A DNA stretch of 64,000 bases. Origin: Cyanophyceae cyanobacterium. GTDB lineage: Bacteria > Cyanobacteriota > Cyanobacteriia > Cyanobacteriales > Laspinemataceae. This document shows positions 52,700-63,206 of this stretch, piece by piece. Position numbers and translations under genes: made by a program. The stretch's first letter is position 1; each line of letters starts with the position of its first letter. The stretch spans positions 64,001 through 128,000 of the forward strand of contig JBBQFN010000009.1 of NCBI GenBank assembly GCA_038321985.1, given 5' to 3'. The notes under the pieces were generated by a model. It saw only the letters and a program-made list of their open reading frames with translations, ran no database searches and was not told the origin of the DNA.

Positions 52700-54640
52700 A
52701 TGACTCATCAACGGAAAAGGTGTAAACCCCCGTGGCATCGCACCCTACTTTTCACCTTATCCTTAATTTTTACTCTATTTTTCGGACGTGAGCCCGGGGG
52801 AGAAACTTGGGCCAAAGTTACCCCCTTATCCGGGGTCCTTGACCTAGAAAATGTCGATTCCTCCAGTCATCCTACCAACCAAGCCTTATATGTAACCATG
52901 GGCGATGGCGTCAAAGTTGCCATTGATATCTGGTTGCCGAAACAATTAAACCCCAATGAAAAAATTCCCACCCTGATGCGCATGGACCGCTACTGGCGAT
53001 CGGTGGGAATTATGGGCTATTTCCCCGAATTTGACCCCAATTATCCCGAAGCACAACTCGCAAATAATGCCGGTTATGCTTTAGTTTTAGTCGATGCTAG
53101 GGGGACAGGTTCCTCATTCGGAGCACAACTTTATCCTTGGTCACCGGATGAAATTAAAGACTATGGAGAAATTGTAGATTGGATTATTGCTCAACCGTGG
53201 TCTAATGGCAAAGTCGGCAGTTATGGTATCTCTTATGCCGGAAATGCTACGGAATTTTTAGGGAGATTAAATCATCCGGCAGTTAAAGCGATCGCCCCTC
53301 GATTTAATGATTTTGACCCCTACAGTCAACTGGCCTTTCCCGGGGGTATTTTTAATGAATGGTTTGTGCAGCGGTGGAGTGAAAATAATAAGCGATTAGA
53401 TGCCAACGATCGCAACTTTGTTTGCGTAATGGAACAACTCGAAGGGGCAATATGTGACGCCCTGAAAGTTGTAATCACCGGGGCAAAACCCGTCGATGCA
53501 GACCGCGATGGGACGATGCAAGCTGAAGCAATCCGCGATCGCACCGCTAATTTAGATGTATATGAAGCCGCCCAAGAAATCACCTATCGGGACGATCGCT
53601 ATGGCAAAACCGGCGTAACCATCCAGGACTTTAGCCCCTATCGCTTTCAGCACGAAATTTCCCGTTCTCAAGTGCCTTTATTTAGCATCGCCAGTTGGCT
53701 AGATGCCGGCACAGCCAATGGTGCACTCAGTCGGTTCCTTACCTATAGCAATCCCCAGAAAGTCGTGATTGGGGCGTGGAATCATGGCGGGACCGAGGAT
53801 GCCAGCCCCTATCAACCGGCAGATCTGTCTCCAGACCCGCCTTTATACGAACAAATCGAAGAGTTGCTAGAATTTTTTGATACCTACCTCAAAGAAGATA
53901 GCGATCGCCCGCCCATTACCCGGGAAATCCGCTATTACACAATGGTAGAGGACCAATGGAAGACCACCCCAGTTTGGCCCCCCCAAGGCATTGTCTCCCA
54001 ATCCTGGTATTTAGGCGAAAACAACAGCTTAACCCCAGTCGCACCCCGTAGCGAAGCCGGAACCGATAGATATGCCGTGAATTTCGAGGCGACTACCGGC
54101 ACAAATAACCGCTGGCATACTAAAGCCGGGGGAAAAGATGTGATATATACAAGCCGGGCTGACGAAGACCAAAAATTGCTAACTTATACTAGCTCACCGC
54201 TACCCGAAGCCGTCGAAATTACAGGACATCCCGTTATTACGATGTATATTAGCTCCAGCGCCCGAGATGGTGCCTTCTATGTTTATCTCGAAGATATCAA
54301 TGAACAGGGAGAAGTTTTATACATTACCGAAGGACAATTGCGATCGCTGCATCGGCAAATTTCTCCAGAACAACCCCCTTATGCTATCTTTGGACCCTAT
54401 CATTCCTTTGAACGGCAAGATGGCAAAGAACCCGAACCCGGGGAAGTGATGGAACTCTCCTTTGACTTATTACCCACCTCCGTTTTGATCCAGAAGGGAC
54501 ATCGACTGCGGGTGGCGATCGCCGGTCACGATGCCGACACCTTTGCCCGGTATCCGGCGCAAGGACCCGCCACCCTAACCCTGCATCGCAACCTGATATA
54601 TCCCTCCCATATCGACTTACCCATCATGACCCCAAAATAA
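52700..54640 (+). CDS. CocE/NonD family serine hydrolase, probably exported
   Basis: MGDGVKVAIDIWLP, VDARGTGSS.G, QPWSNGKVG..GISYAG nucleophile elbow, GAWNH. Confidence 0.88.
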   Translation: MTHQRKRCKPPWHRTLLFTLSLIFTLFFGREPGGETWAKVTPLSGVLDLENVDSSSHPTNQALYVTMGDGVKVAIDIWLPKQLNPNEKIPTLMRMDRYWRSVGIMGYFPEFDPNYPEAQLANNAGYALVLVDARGTGSSFGAQLYPWSPDEIKDYGEIVDWIIAQPWSNGKVGSYGISYAGNATEFLGRLNHPAVKAIAPRFNDFDPYSQLAFPGGIFNEWFVQRWSENNKRLDANDRNFVCVMEQLEGAICDALKVVITGAKPVDADRDGTMQAEAIRDRTANLDVYEAAQEITYRDDRYGKTGVTIQDFSPYRFQHEISRSQVPLFSIASWLDAGTANGALSRFLTYSNPQKVVIGAWNHGGTEDASPYQPADLSPDPPLYEQIEELLEFFDTYLKEDSDRPPITREIRYYTMVEDQWKTTPVWPPQGIVSQSWYLGENNSLTPVAPRSEAGTDRYAVNFEATTGTNNRWHTKAGGKDVIYTSRADEDQKLLTYTSSPLPEAVEITGHPVITMYISSSARDGAFYVYLEDINEQGEVLYITEGQLRSLHRQISPEQPPYAIFGPYHSFERQDGKEPEPGEVMELSFDLLPTSVLIQKGHRLRVAIAGHDADTFARYPAQGPATLTLHRNLIYPSHIDLPIMTPK

Positions 54641-54665
54641 AAGCGCGATTATAATCGCGCCTTTA
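54640..54665. terminator. Palindrome immediately after the CocE stop codon
   Basis: GCGCGATTATAATCGCGC, a perfect 18-bp palindrome at 54643-54660. Confidence 0.5.
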
Positions 54666-54901
54666 CTGCCCTATAGATAGTTTCCAACCGATCTCCTCAA
54701 TTGTCTCTCACCTGTCCAGTTGCGGGTAAAACTTACCCTTCTTATGGATCCAACTCACACTTTCTGGATCTTTGTCCTGAGTCCAATTGCAGAAATTGGG
54801 CTTAGTTTTTTGGCGGGAGATGCTAGAAGGGTTGATCCCAAAGCGTCTGGCTAATTGCAGTTGCGTCAGGGGTGGGAGTGCCTGACTGGTGGGAATACCA
54901 G

Positions 54902-55129
54902 TCAGGCGACTGATTCCCCCAAGGATGCCTCCAGCTTGGCAATCCGAGTTTCCATGACTACCAGCCGCTGATCGAGAGCAGCTTTTGGTGCTAAAGGCAT
55001 ATAGCCGACATACTCAGAAATCGCTGAAAGTGCGAGGTCCTCTAGGCTAATGCCCTCCGATTTTGCCTTGGTACTCATGACATTAATCAAGCTCTTTGAG
55101 AGATTTAGATTAAACTGCTGTTTGGGCAT
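54902..55129 (-). CDS. Small putative ribbon-helix-helix protein with a C-terminal coiled coil
   Basis: QQFNLNL (strand), then KAKSEGISLEDLA..AISEY (helices), then RLVVMETRIAKLEA. Confidence 0.6.
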   Translation of the reverse strand: MPKQQFNLNLSKSLINVMSTKAKSEGISLEDLALSAISEYVGYMPLAPKAALDQRLVVMETRIAKLEASLGESVA

Positions 55130-55574
55130 TGCTGTGTCGATATTTAATTTTTCACAGGTTTCCTTATCTATAGCTCATCTTGGCTCGTCTGCTTGTGATA
55201 TCCCATACTTTTTAGGGTTTTTAGTGAAAAAATTTTTCATCGGTCATTGTCCTTGATCGCCGCTAGTTCAGGGGGGTTTAAAGCAAAACCATCGCAGCAA
55301 TCGGCGCAGTCGGCGCGGAGGCGATCGCACATCTTCCTCCAGGTTGTCAGTACAGGATAACAACCTGGCGATCGTCTCCGTTCCCCCAATACCAACCGCA
55401 TCTTCACCTAGAAACTAAAAGGGCGATCGTAAAGGGTCGCAGCAGAGATTCAAAAAGATAGCAAGACCCAGAAATCCTCCGCATTCCTTGAACAAGGGAA
55501 GATAAAAACCCTCCCCTCAGCCGACCTTTTCAACCTTCTCCTTCAGACCTCCATTTATCCTTAGACCCCCAAAA

Positions 55575-57356
55575 TCAACCCATCAAAACCGTATCCGCTT
55601 GGGACATAGCACCAGAGTAGACCAGCCCCCGCTCAATATCCATCGTTAAAATTGCCCCTTCGCGAATCAATGTAGTGGCATTCTTGACCCCGACAATCAC
55701 CGGCACTCCCAAGCGTAATCCGATCACGGCGGCGTGAGAGGTCAAACTATCATCCTCGGTCACAATTCCAGACGCTTTGCGAATCGCATCAATATAATCG
55801 GCATTAGTGCGCGGTACCACCAAAATTTCCCCCGGGCCAAAGTTGCCCACATCTAGGGCCGTCTGTGCCACCCGGGCCCGACCGCTAACGGAACCCTGAC
55901 CCAGACCGATTCCCTGACCCAGAACTGCCGTCACCACTTCCACCTTAACCAGGTCTGTAGAGCCCGAAACCCCTTGGAGAGTACCGGCAGTCATGACCAC
56001 CAAATCCCCCTCTTGCAGCAGGTCTTTTTCCAGGGCAACATTAATCGCCGCTTGGAACGTTTGTCCCGTGGAGGGTAAATCTAAAACTAACAAGGGTTTA
56101 ACCCCCCAAACCAATTGCAACTGTCGGGCCACATCCACATGAGGCGTTACCGCCAGAATCGGCGTTTGGGGCCGAAACTTAGAGACATTGCGGGCGGTTG
56201 CCCCGGATTTGGTCAGGGTCATAATGGCCCCCGCCTCCAGTTGTTGGGCAATTTTTACCACCGCTTGACTAATGGCATTGGGAATTGACCGACTGCGATC
56301 GTAAGTAGAACCCTGGCCAATCGTCTGGTCATGTTCGATGCGACAGGCAATTCGGGCCATCGTTGCCACCGCCTCGATCGGGTATTTGCCAACCGCCGTT
56401 TCATTGGAAAGCATCACCGCATCGGTGCCATCGAGGATGGCGTTTGCGACGTCAGAAATCTCCGCGCGAGTGGCACGGGGACTGTGCACCATGCTGTCCA
56501 GCATTTGGGTCGCTGTAATGACTGGAATGCCTAAACGGTTGCAGGTAGCAATCAGCCGTTTTTGAACAATCGGGACTTCCTCAGCGGGAATTTCTACGCC
56601 CAGGTCCCCCCGCGCTACCATGATGCCATCGCATAGGGGGAGGATGGCTTCCATTTGTTCCACCGCTTCATGCTTTTCAATTTTGGCAATCACAGGCACG
56701 TTCTTGCCGTTGGCGGAAATCAGTTCTTTGATTTCAAGAATGTCTTGGGGGTTACGAACAAAACTTAGGGCTACCCAATCAACCCCTTGATCGAGACCAA
56801 AGAGCAAGTCTTCCCGGTCTTTTTCCGTCAGGGCTTTAATGGAAAGGTAGACCCCGGGGAAATTGACGCCCTTGTTGTTAGAGAGGGTGCCGCCCACCAC
56901 CGTGCGACAGTGGAGTTGCCGGGTCACCCGGTCCACTTTCTCGACGCGCATTTCCACTCGACCATCGTCGATGAGGATCGTTGCCCCTTCGGGAATTTCA
57001 TCCGCTAGGGGGGGATAGGTAACGCAGCCGATGTTTTGGTTACAGGACAGAAATTCACTGGTCAAAATGAAGGGATCGCCTTTTTGTAGGTAAACCGAAC
57101 CCTCCTCAAACTGACCGAGGCGAATTTTAGGACCCTGAAGGTCTTGTAAAATTCCCACCGGCTGATTGAGTTCAAATGAGGTCTGCCGGATTAAGCGAAT
57201 GCTCCTCTGATGATCTTCGTGAGTCCCGTGGGAGAAATTGAGTCGCAGGGTTGTTGCACCGGCTTCAATCAGTTCTCGGAGAATTTCGGGCTGACTGGTA
57301 GCAGGGCCAATCGTGGCTACAACTTTGGTTCGACGCAGAAAGTTTCGCAATTGCAT
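55575..57356 (-). CDS. pyk: Pyruvate kinase with a C-terminal PEP-utilising swivel domain
   Basis: RRTKVVATIGP, RLNFSHG, MVARGDLG, ATQMLDSM; C-terminal TSHAAV. Confidence 0.96.
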   Translation of the reverse strand: MQLRNFLRRTKVVATIGPATSQPEILRELIEAGATTLRLNFSHGTHEDHQRSIRLIRQTSFELNQPVGILQDLQGPKIRLGQFEEGSVYLQKGDPFILTSEFLSCNQNIGCVTYPPLADEIPEGATILIDDGRVEMRVEKVDRVTRQLHCRTVVGGTLSNNKGVNFPGVYLSIKALTEKDREDLLFGLDQGVDWVALSFVRNPQDILEIKELISANGKNVPVIAKIEKHEAVEQMEAILPLCDGIMVARGDLGVEIPAEEVPIVQKRLIATCNRLGIPVITATQMLDSMVHSPRATRAEISDVANAILDGTDAVMLSNETAVGKYPIEAVATMARIACRIEHDQTIGQGSTYDRSRSIPNAISQAVVKIAQQLEAGAIMTLTKSGATARNVSKFRPQTPILAVTPHVDVARQLQLVWGVKPLLVLDLPSTGQTFQAAINVALEKDLLQEGDLVVMTAGTLQGVSGSTDLVKVEVVTAVLGQGIGLGQGSVSGRARVAQTALDVGNFGPGEILVVPRTNADYIDAIRKASGIVTEDDSLTSHAAVIGLRLGVPVIVGVKNATTLIREGAILTMDIERGLVYSGAMSQADTVLMG

Positions 57357-57664
57357 GAACGGAAAAAGGGGGGGTAGAAGTACGTCCCTAGCTGATGAGG
57401 GTAGTGTTTCATCAAAAAATTAGCTGCTAAAGACACCTACTATAATCCTCGAAAAAGTGGTAGAGATGAAAGCAGTTCCCTTTGTTGAGTACCTTTTTGG
57501 TTGTATCCTCGGGAGAGTTTCAGCTAATTTACCATTGAGTCCCCTAGCTATAAATAATATTTATAGAGATCCCCAGGATTAGACGCAGGGATTCACAAAA
57601 CTTTATATTTAAGAATGCTGATCATACATTTTTTGAGGATGTGTTGAAAGGAGTTACGACGACA

Positions 57665-58570
57665 ATGCCAGAGGCGATGCCGCCCCGAACTGTTCCGAAA
57701 GAGTTACTGGGGCCTCCCGGCGACTTCAATCCGACCCTGCTGATGTTTTTTGGTGCACTGGCCTTGATAGTGCTCTCGACCTTGGGATACTGGCAGCTAA
57801 ACTGGCCCGAATGGTGCTGCTTTTGCACTACCGTCATAGCCCTGCATATCGCCGGGACGGTTATCCACGATGCTTCCCATAACGTGGCCCACCGCGATCG
57901 CGTCATGAATGCCATCTTAGGTCATGGCAGCGCCTTGATGCTGGGATTTGCTTTCCCCGTGTTTACTCGGGTTCATATGCAGCATCACGCCAATGTCAAT
58001 GACCCGCATAACGACCCGGATCACTTTGTTTCCACCGGCGGCCCCTTATGGCTGATTGCTGCTCGCTTTTTTTATCACGAGGTTTTTTTCTTTAAACGGC
58101 GACTGTGGCGCAAATATGAACTCCTAGAATGGTTCTTAAGCCGAATGTTTGTCGGGACGATAGTCTATGTGGCTTGCCAGTATGACTGTTTGGGCTATAT
58201 TCTCAATTTTTGGTTTTGTCCCGCTTTAGTGGTGGGTTTGGCCCTGGGATTATTTTTTGACTATCTGCCCCACCGACCCTTTAAAGACCGCGATCGCTGG
58301 AAAAATGCCCGGATTTATGCCAGTCCCATTCTCAATATCCTGATTTTGGGGCAGAATTACCACCTGATTCACCATCTATGGCCCTCTATCCCTTGGTATC
58401 ATTACCAGCGAGCTTATCGGGAGACGCGACCCCTTTTAGAAGCGAAAGGTTCGCCCCTGTGTCTGGGAATCTTCCAAGGAAAAGATTTTTGGAGTTTCCT
58501 TTACGACGTCGTTCTCGGGATTCGCTTTCATCACCGTCAACGGGGCGATCGCAAACTGGAAAAAGTTTAA
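57665..58570 (+). CDS. crtR: Beta-carotene hydroxylase
   Basis: His boxes HDASH, HMQHH, HLIHH; FFDYLPHRPF. Confidence 0.92.
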   Translation: MPEAMPPRTVPKELLGPPGDFNPTLLMFFGALALIVLSTLGYWQLNWPEWCCFCTTVIALHIAGTVIHDASHNVAHRDRVMNAILGHGSALMLGFAFPVFTRVHMQHHANVNDPHNDPDHFVSTGGPLWLIAARFFYHEVFFFKRRLWRKYELLEWFLSRMFVGTIVYVACQYDCLGYILNFWFCPALVVGLALGLFFDYLPHRPFKDRDRWKNARIYASPILNILILGQNYHLIHHLWPSIPWYHYQRAYRETRPLLEAKGSPLCLGIFQGKDFWSFLYDVVLGIRFHHRQRGDRKLEKV

Positions 58571-58725
58571 ACCCACCACACCTCATATCCCCCCGGATCA
58601 CCCACGAGAGGGAAACTAGGAACAGGAAATAAATCAGGTAGGGGCGGTTGTAGGCTCCTACCTTAGCCTTTCCGGGGCGGCTGGCTTCTCCTCTGGGATA
58701 CGCCCTAGGGTTCACACTCTCTCCT

Positions 58726-59115
58726 TCACCACTCTCCAACGGAGCTAAAACTCAAGTCCGGCCTAAGATTTTTAGCATGACGCAGATAGGGATGATAAAT
58801 TTCTCCGTGGGTTGCCGCAACGTTGACATGAATCAAAAATCGAATGCAACGCTCTAAATCTCCCTGAACGTGCATATGCTGCACATCTAACAAGGGCACA
58901 TTTTCCCAGTGAGGTCGTTGACGAGCGATCGCCGCCGGGAAAATTGCATCCAAATCCCGCGTTACTGAAAAAGTCGCACTAATAATTAACTCTGGATCCA
59001 GCTTATTTCGGACTTCTAATTCCTCCAGCAGTTCATTCACCGCTTCTCGAATCGCCTCTATCGAATTGTCCGAGGCAGTAATTGCTCCCCGAATTGCCTT
59101 AACTGTCCACTCCAC
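58726..59115 (-). CDS. aroH: Chorismate mutase, AroH type
   Basis: AIRGAIT, DLDAIFPA, CIRFLIH, YL..AKNLRPD. Confidence 0.92.
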   Translation of the reverse strand: MEWTVKAIRGAITASDNSIEAIREAVNELLEELEVRNKLDPELIISATFSVTRDLDAIFPAAIARQRPHWENVPLLDVQHMHVQGDLERCIRFLIHVNVAATHGEIYHPYLRHAKNLRPDLSFSSVGEW

Positions 59116-59331
59116 GCCAAAAATCCTCCTTTTTTAGTTTGGGTTGTTTGTCGGTCGTTTGTCATCTCAAATCCGGTCTTAAAAAGTCCGTTTTCTCTTC
59201 ACAAAAGCACAGGGGGCTTTTGCCCCTGTAGCCGCACTCGAGTACCTGTAGGTTTTTTCAGACCGATGAAAGCCCGATGAAGTCTCCTTTGTCTACTCTG
59301 TAAGGTCAAAAAACGTCAGCCATAAGACCCC

Positions 59332-60147
59332 TTAGGGCCTATATAACCAAAGGGGCTGGCCTGGATGAGAGAGCTCAAATTCAAACCAATCTATCCCTGC
59401 TAAGACACCCGTGGAACCCAGGGTGCTTCCCAACAAGCGATTTAAGAGGGGTTTGCGGTCCTCCAAGGTGTAACACTCTGTTTTTTTGGGGTCAAGACCC
59501 GCCAGTTCTGCCGCCCAGATTCGGGCGTCTTCCTCGGTCCCTAATCGGTCTACGACTCCCAATTCCACCGCTTGTTCTCCAGTAAAAATACGCCCGTCAG
59601 CAAAACTCTTCACCTGATCTACGCTCAGGTTGCGTTCCTCAGCAATGGTTCGGACAAACTGGAGATAACTGATATCGATCATCTGTTGGAGTATTTCTTG
59701 CTCCGGTTGCGTCAGTTCCCGGTCAAAACTCAAAATGTCTTTGTAAGGTCCGGATTTAATCACTTGGAAAGACACGCCTACTTTTTCGAGCAGTCGTTCT
59801 AAGTTATTCCCCCGGAGAATGACCCCGATGCTCCCTGTAATGGTACCTGGATTCGCGACGATATAGGGAGCACCCATCCCGATGTAAACCCCCCCAGATG
59901 CGGAAATATTCCCGAAACTAGCGACAATTTTAACGGTTTGGCTCAGTCGCTTCAGGGCGCTGTAAATTTCTTGGGAATCCCCGACGGTCCCCCCGGGGCT
60001 ATCAATTCGTAACAGTAAGGCTGGAAATTTTCTCTCCTCTATGGTTTTGAGGGCGGCTAGCACACTTTTGCGGGTTGTCCCGTTAATGGCACCGTTAATT
60101 TCAATACGAGCAATTTTTTTCCGAAATTTCCGAAAAGGCCAAATCAT
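59332..60147 (-). CDS. sppA: Signal peptide peptidase, short form
   Basis: RIDSPGG, ASGGVY, TGSIGV, KSGPYKD, ADGRIFTG. Confidence 0.92.
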   Translation of the reverse strand: MIWPFRKFRKKIARIEINGAINGTTRKSVLAALKTIEERKFPALLLRIDSPGGTVGDSQEIYSALKRLSQTVKIVASFGNISASGGVYIGMGAPYIVANPGTITGSIGVILRGNNLERLLEKVGVSFQVIKSGPYKDILSFDRELTQPEQEILQQMIDISYLQFVRTIAEERNLSVDQVKSFADGRIFTGEQAVELGVVDRLGTEEDARIWAAELAGLDPKKTECYTLEDRKPLLNRLLGSTLGSTGVLAGIDWFEFELSHPGQPLWLYRP

Positions 60148-60381
60148 AGTTAATTAGCACGAAGCAATATAAATCAGGTGAGCGGGAAAATGAAGTGCCA
60201 AACAAAGCGATTCCGGGCAGAATCAGGATTCCTGCTTCAAGTCAGGGTTCGAGGTCGTCTTGGCACTTCTTTTATATAGTTTGCCCTATCTGTGAGTTCC
60301 CTATTTAAGATTGACATGGGGCGCGATTTGTGCATAATGTCTCCCCAGACTTGCTGATCCTTGGTACTCTAACCGGGGTTC

Positions 60382-60426
60382 AGTTTTGTTACAAAATTGA
60401 AACAAAACTACATAATTTGCTACAAT
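60382..60426 (+). promoter_or_regulatory. Near-perfect 28-bp palindrome followed by an extended -10 (TGnTACAAT)
   Basis: AGTTTTGTTACAA-aa-TTGAAACAAAACT at 60382-60409; TGCTACAAT at 60418-60426. Confidence 0.55.
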
Positions 60427-60498
60427 CATTTCATAAATCTAATTTTTGCACCCGCTCGTTCTATCGGTGCGGAAACAACGGTATCCAAATAAAATCTT

Positions 60499-61608
60499 AT
60501 GCAACTCAAATTAACCGAATCTAAATTTTCATTCACGCCCCTATTAATGATTGCTCCATTTTTCCTGTGGGGTACGGCGATGGTGGCAATGAAAGGAACC
60601 CTCACAAGTACGACGCCCCTATTTATGGCGGGGGTGCGGTTGGTCCCGGCAGGACTGTTACTGTTGGGGGTGGCGGCGATCGCGGGACGTCCTCAACCTC
60701 GGAGTTGGCAAGCATGGCTATGGATTACGCTCTTTGCCGCCGTAGATGGGTCTCTTTTTCAAGGGTTTTTAGCCGAAGGATTACTCAAAACTGGAGCGGG
60801 TTTGGGTTCGGTAATGATCGACTCCCAACCCCTAGCGGTGGCACTTCTGAGCGCGTGGCTGTTTGGGGAAATTATCGGCGGATGGGGTTTCCTGGGCTTG
60901 GGACTGGGGATTCTGGGTATCAGTCTGATTGGGCTACCGGATCAATGGATTTGGAGCTTGTTCAACGGTTCATTCACGGCGGCTCCCCTAAATCTGGCAG
61001 GATTATTTCAGAGCGGAGAATGGTTAATGTTGTTGGCTGCGCTGTCAATGGCCGTGGGTACAGTGCTGGTAAGATTTGTATGCCGATATGTTGACCCAGT
61101 TGTAGCAACAGGATGGCACATGATTATCGGCGGCGTGCCATTGTGGATGCTGTCGGGACTGACGGAATCGGAGCAATGGGTGAATTTAGACCTGAGTGGG
61201 TGGATGGCATTGGCTTACTCTGCGGTATTTGGCGGGGCGATCTCCTATGGTCTATTTTTCTACTTTGCTTCAACAGGTAACCTCACCAGTCTGAGTTCCC
61301 TAACATTTATGACCCCAGTCTTTGCCATTCTATTCGGGAATCTGTTTTTGTCAGAAACGCTCTCTGGGTTACAGTGGAGTGGTGTTATCCTCACTCTGGT
61401 CAGCATTTACCTGATTAATCAACGCGAACAACTCCCCGCCGGTGCGATCGCGACCCTTGTGCAGAAACTCAGGAAATCCAGTGCATCTACTAGCTGCATC
61501 CCCGGTGGCGAGAATCCCATCCCGGAATCGATGCCAATCTTGCAAGTATCGGAACGTCAAGCGGTTGAGGTCCCCGTTCAACTTCGAGTTTCAGATTCAG
61601 AGGGTTAA
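60499..61608 (+). CDS. DMT/EamA family transporter
   Basis: FLWGTAMVAMK, two EamA-like repeats, about 10 TM segments. Confidence 0.88.
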   Translation: MQLKLTESKFSFTPLLMIAPFFLWGTAMVAMKGTLTSTTPLFMAGVRLVPAGLLLLGVAAIAGRPQPRSWQAWLWITLFAAVDGSLFQGFLAEGLLKTGAGLGSVMIDSQPLAVALLSAWLFGEIIGGWGFLGLGLGILGISLIGLPDQWIWSLFNGSFTAAPLNLAGLFQSGEWLMLLAALSMAVGTVLVRFVCRYVDPVVATGWHMIIGGVPLWMLSGLTESEQWVNLDLSGWMALAYSAVFGGAISYGLFFYFASTGNLTSLSSLTFMTPVFAILFGNLFLSETLSGLQWSGVILTLVSIYLINQREQLPAGAIATLVQKLRKSSASTSCIPGGENPIPESMPILQVSERQAVEVPVQLRVSDSEG

Positions 61609-61738
61609 GTCACCCGAGGCTGGCTAATTTTAACTGAATCTGGGGATCGGAAGATTGTGATCGTGAGGCTGTGCTATGAAGGGCATTGTAATCCTCAGAG
61701 CATCGCGTTGAGAACGGAAAGCAAGCTAGCTTAGTATC

Positions 61739-62968
61739 ATGCTTTCTTTGGATAACGCCGGTTGGATCTGTACCCATATTATGATCGCCTACCATCCCGC
61801 TTTATTACTTATTACAACTTTGACTGGCCTGGGAGTTCTTTCCAGTGCGGGAGGTAGGGGTTTGATCAATCAAACCTATGCCACCGTTTCCCCTGAAACT
61901 CTGTCGGTGCGCGCAGATCCACAGTCTCTGGTAGCCGGTGATCTGCCCTGGGGTCTCGTTGGCGATCGCGCTAATGCTTTCCCGACCCCGGACCCCTCCG
62001 GGCTTCCATCCCCAAATCCGGATTCCCCTGTTTTGGCAACCCAGGACTCCCTGGAACTGGCCCAGAATCAACCGAAACCCCCCACCCCAGACGCCCCCCG
62101 GCCCAAAAATCGTTTTGCCCGCAAAGACCTAATTTGGCTGTTATTCCTCGGTTTAGGGACTCTTGCCTTTGCCGGAATTTTTGCGGGGGCCTTTTATTTG
62201 CTCACCCGTCCCAGTGATCCAGGGGACGACGCTGATTCGGAGGAAATCCCCGAAACCCCTGGGGCTTTCAAGGACCCACCCGATCAGTTCTCCGTCAGCG
62301 ATCCCAAACCCGAGTTAGAACTACCGGTATCAAACGGGAGTGATTTGCCTGGTAATCCTCCAGTCCCACTCCATCCCCACAATGGCTACAACGAGGCAGC
62401 GATTGAACCCGCCCAAAAGTTACCGCCATCGGCAGCCACTCCCCCGCCTTCCTCGGAAGGGTTAGTCCCGAGACAACCCCCTCAGCTTGCCAAAATTGAT
62501 GGAATCGAAACCTTAATCGAAGAATTACAAAGTAGGATGCCGACTCAACGACGCAAAGCGATTTGGGAACTCGGCCTAAAGGGGGATTCGCGGGCGGTGC
62601 AACCCTTGGTCAATTTATTGATGGACTCGGATTCTAAGCAGCGCAGTTTAATTCTGGCATCCCTTGCAGAAATCGGAAACCGGACATTCCAACCGATGAA
62701 TCGCGCTTTAGTCCTTTCCCTGCAAGATAGCAATCCAGAAGTGCGTAAAAATGCCATCCGGGATTTAACCCGCATTTATGAGTTGGTTTCCCAAAGCAGT
62801 CAACTGCTGCGTCACGCTTCTGAAGATTCCGATCCCGAGGTCCGGGAAGCGGCACAATGGGCATTGTCCCAATTAAATCGCATTCGTCCGGGTTCTAATT
62901 CTGAATCGCGTTCTTCGTTACAAAACTGGTCGCCTCCCAGCGAAACTTATCCTGAAGATATTCCCTAG
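61739..62968 (+). CDS. Membrane-anchored HEAT-repeat protein (start uncertain)
   Basis: TM segments, Pro-rich linker, RRKAIWELG..GDSRAV.PL, DSNPEVRKNA, DPEVREAAQWAL. Confidence 0.8.
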   Translation: MLSLDNAGWICTHIMIAYHPALLLITTLTGLGVLSSAGGRGLINQTYATVSPETLSVRADPQSLVAGDLPWGLVGDRANAFPTPDPSGLPSPNPDSPVLATQDSLELAQNQPKPPTPDAPRPKNRFARKDLIWLLFLGLGTLAFAGIFAGAFYLLTRPSDPGDDADSEEIPETPGAFKDPPDQFSVSDPKPELELPVSNGSDLPGNPPVPLHPHNGYNEAAIEPAQKLPPSAATPPPSSEGLVPRQPPQLAKIDGIETLIEELQSRMPTQRRKAIWELGLKGDSRAVQPLVNLLMDSDSKQRSLILASLAEIGNRTFQPMNRALVLSLQDSNPEVRKNAIRDLTRIYELVSQSSQLLRHASEDSDPEVREAAQWALSQLNRIRPGSNSESRSSLQNWSPPSETYPEDIP

Positions 62969-63206
62969 TTTGCATCAAAACTTGGCTCGTTTTATGTAGA
63001 CTACATAGCTAAATTTTTAAAGAATATTATGAGGGTTTAATTCAGGTTTTGTTAATGAAAGCGCTCTGGTTTGTAAAATTTTCACGGCGGGTTTTTCATG
63101 TTTTAAGGGTTTAAATTTATACCGTCTTTGGAAGTTGGATAGGAAGAGGATAAAACAAATTAGGGCTAGAAAAGTTATCAAAAAATAAGGGAGTGTGGAT
63201 AGCACA

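Noticed and set aside
55575..55930. Extra phosphohistidine-type domain on pyruvate kinase
   Set aside because: Already known for cyanobacterial and Bacillus pyruvate kinases
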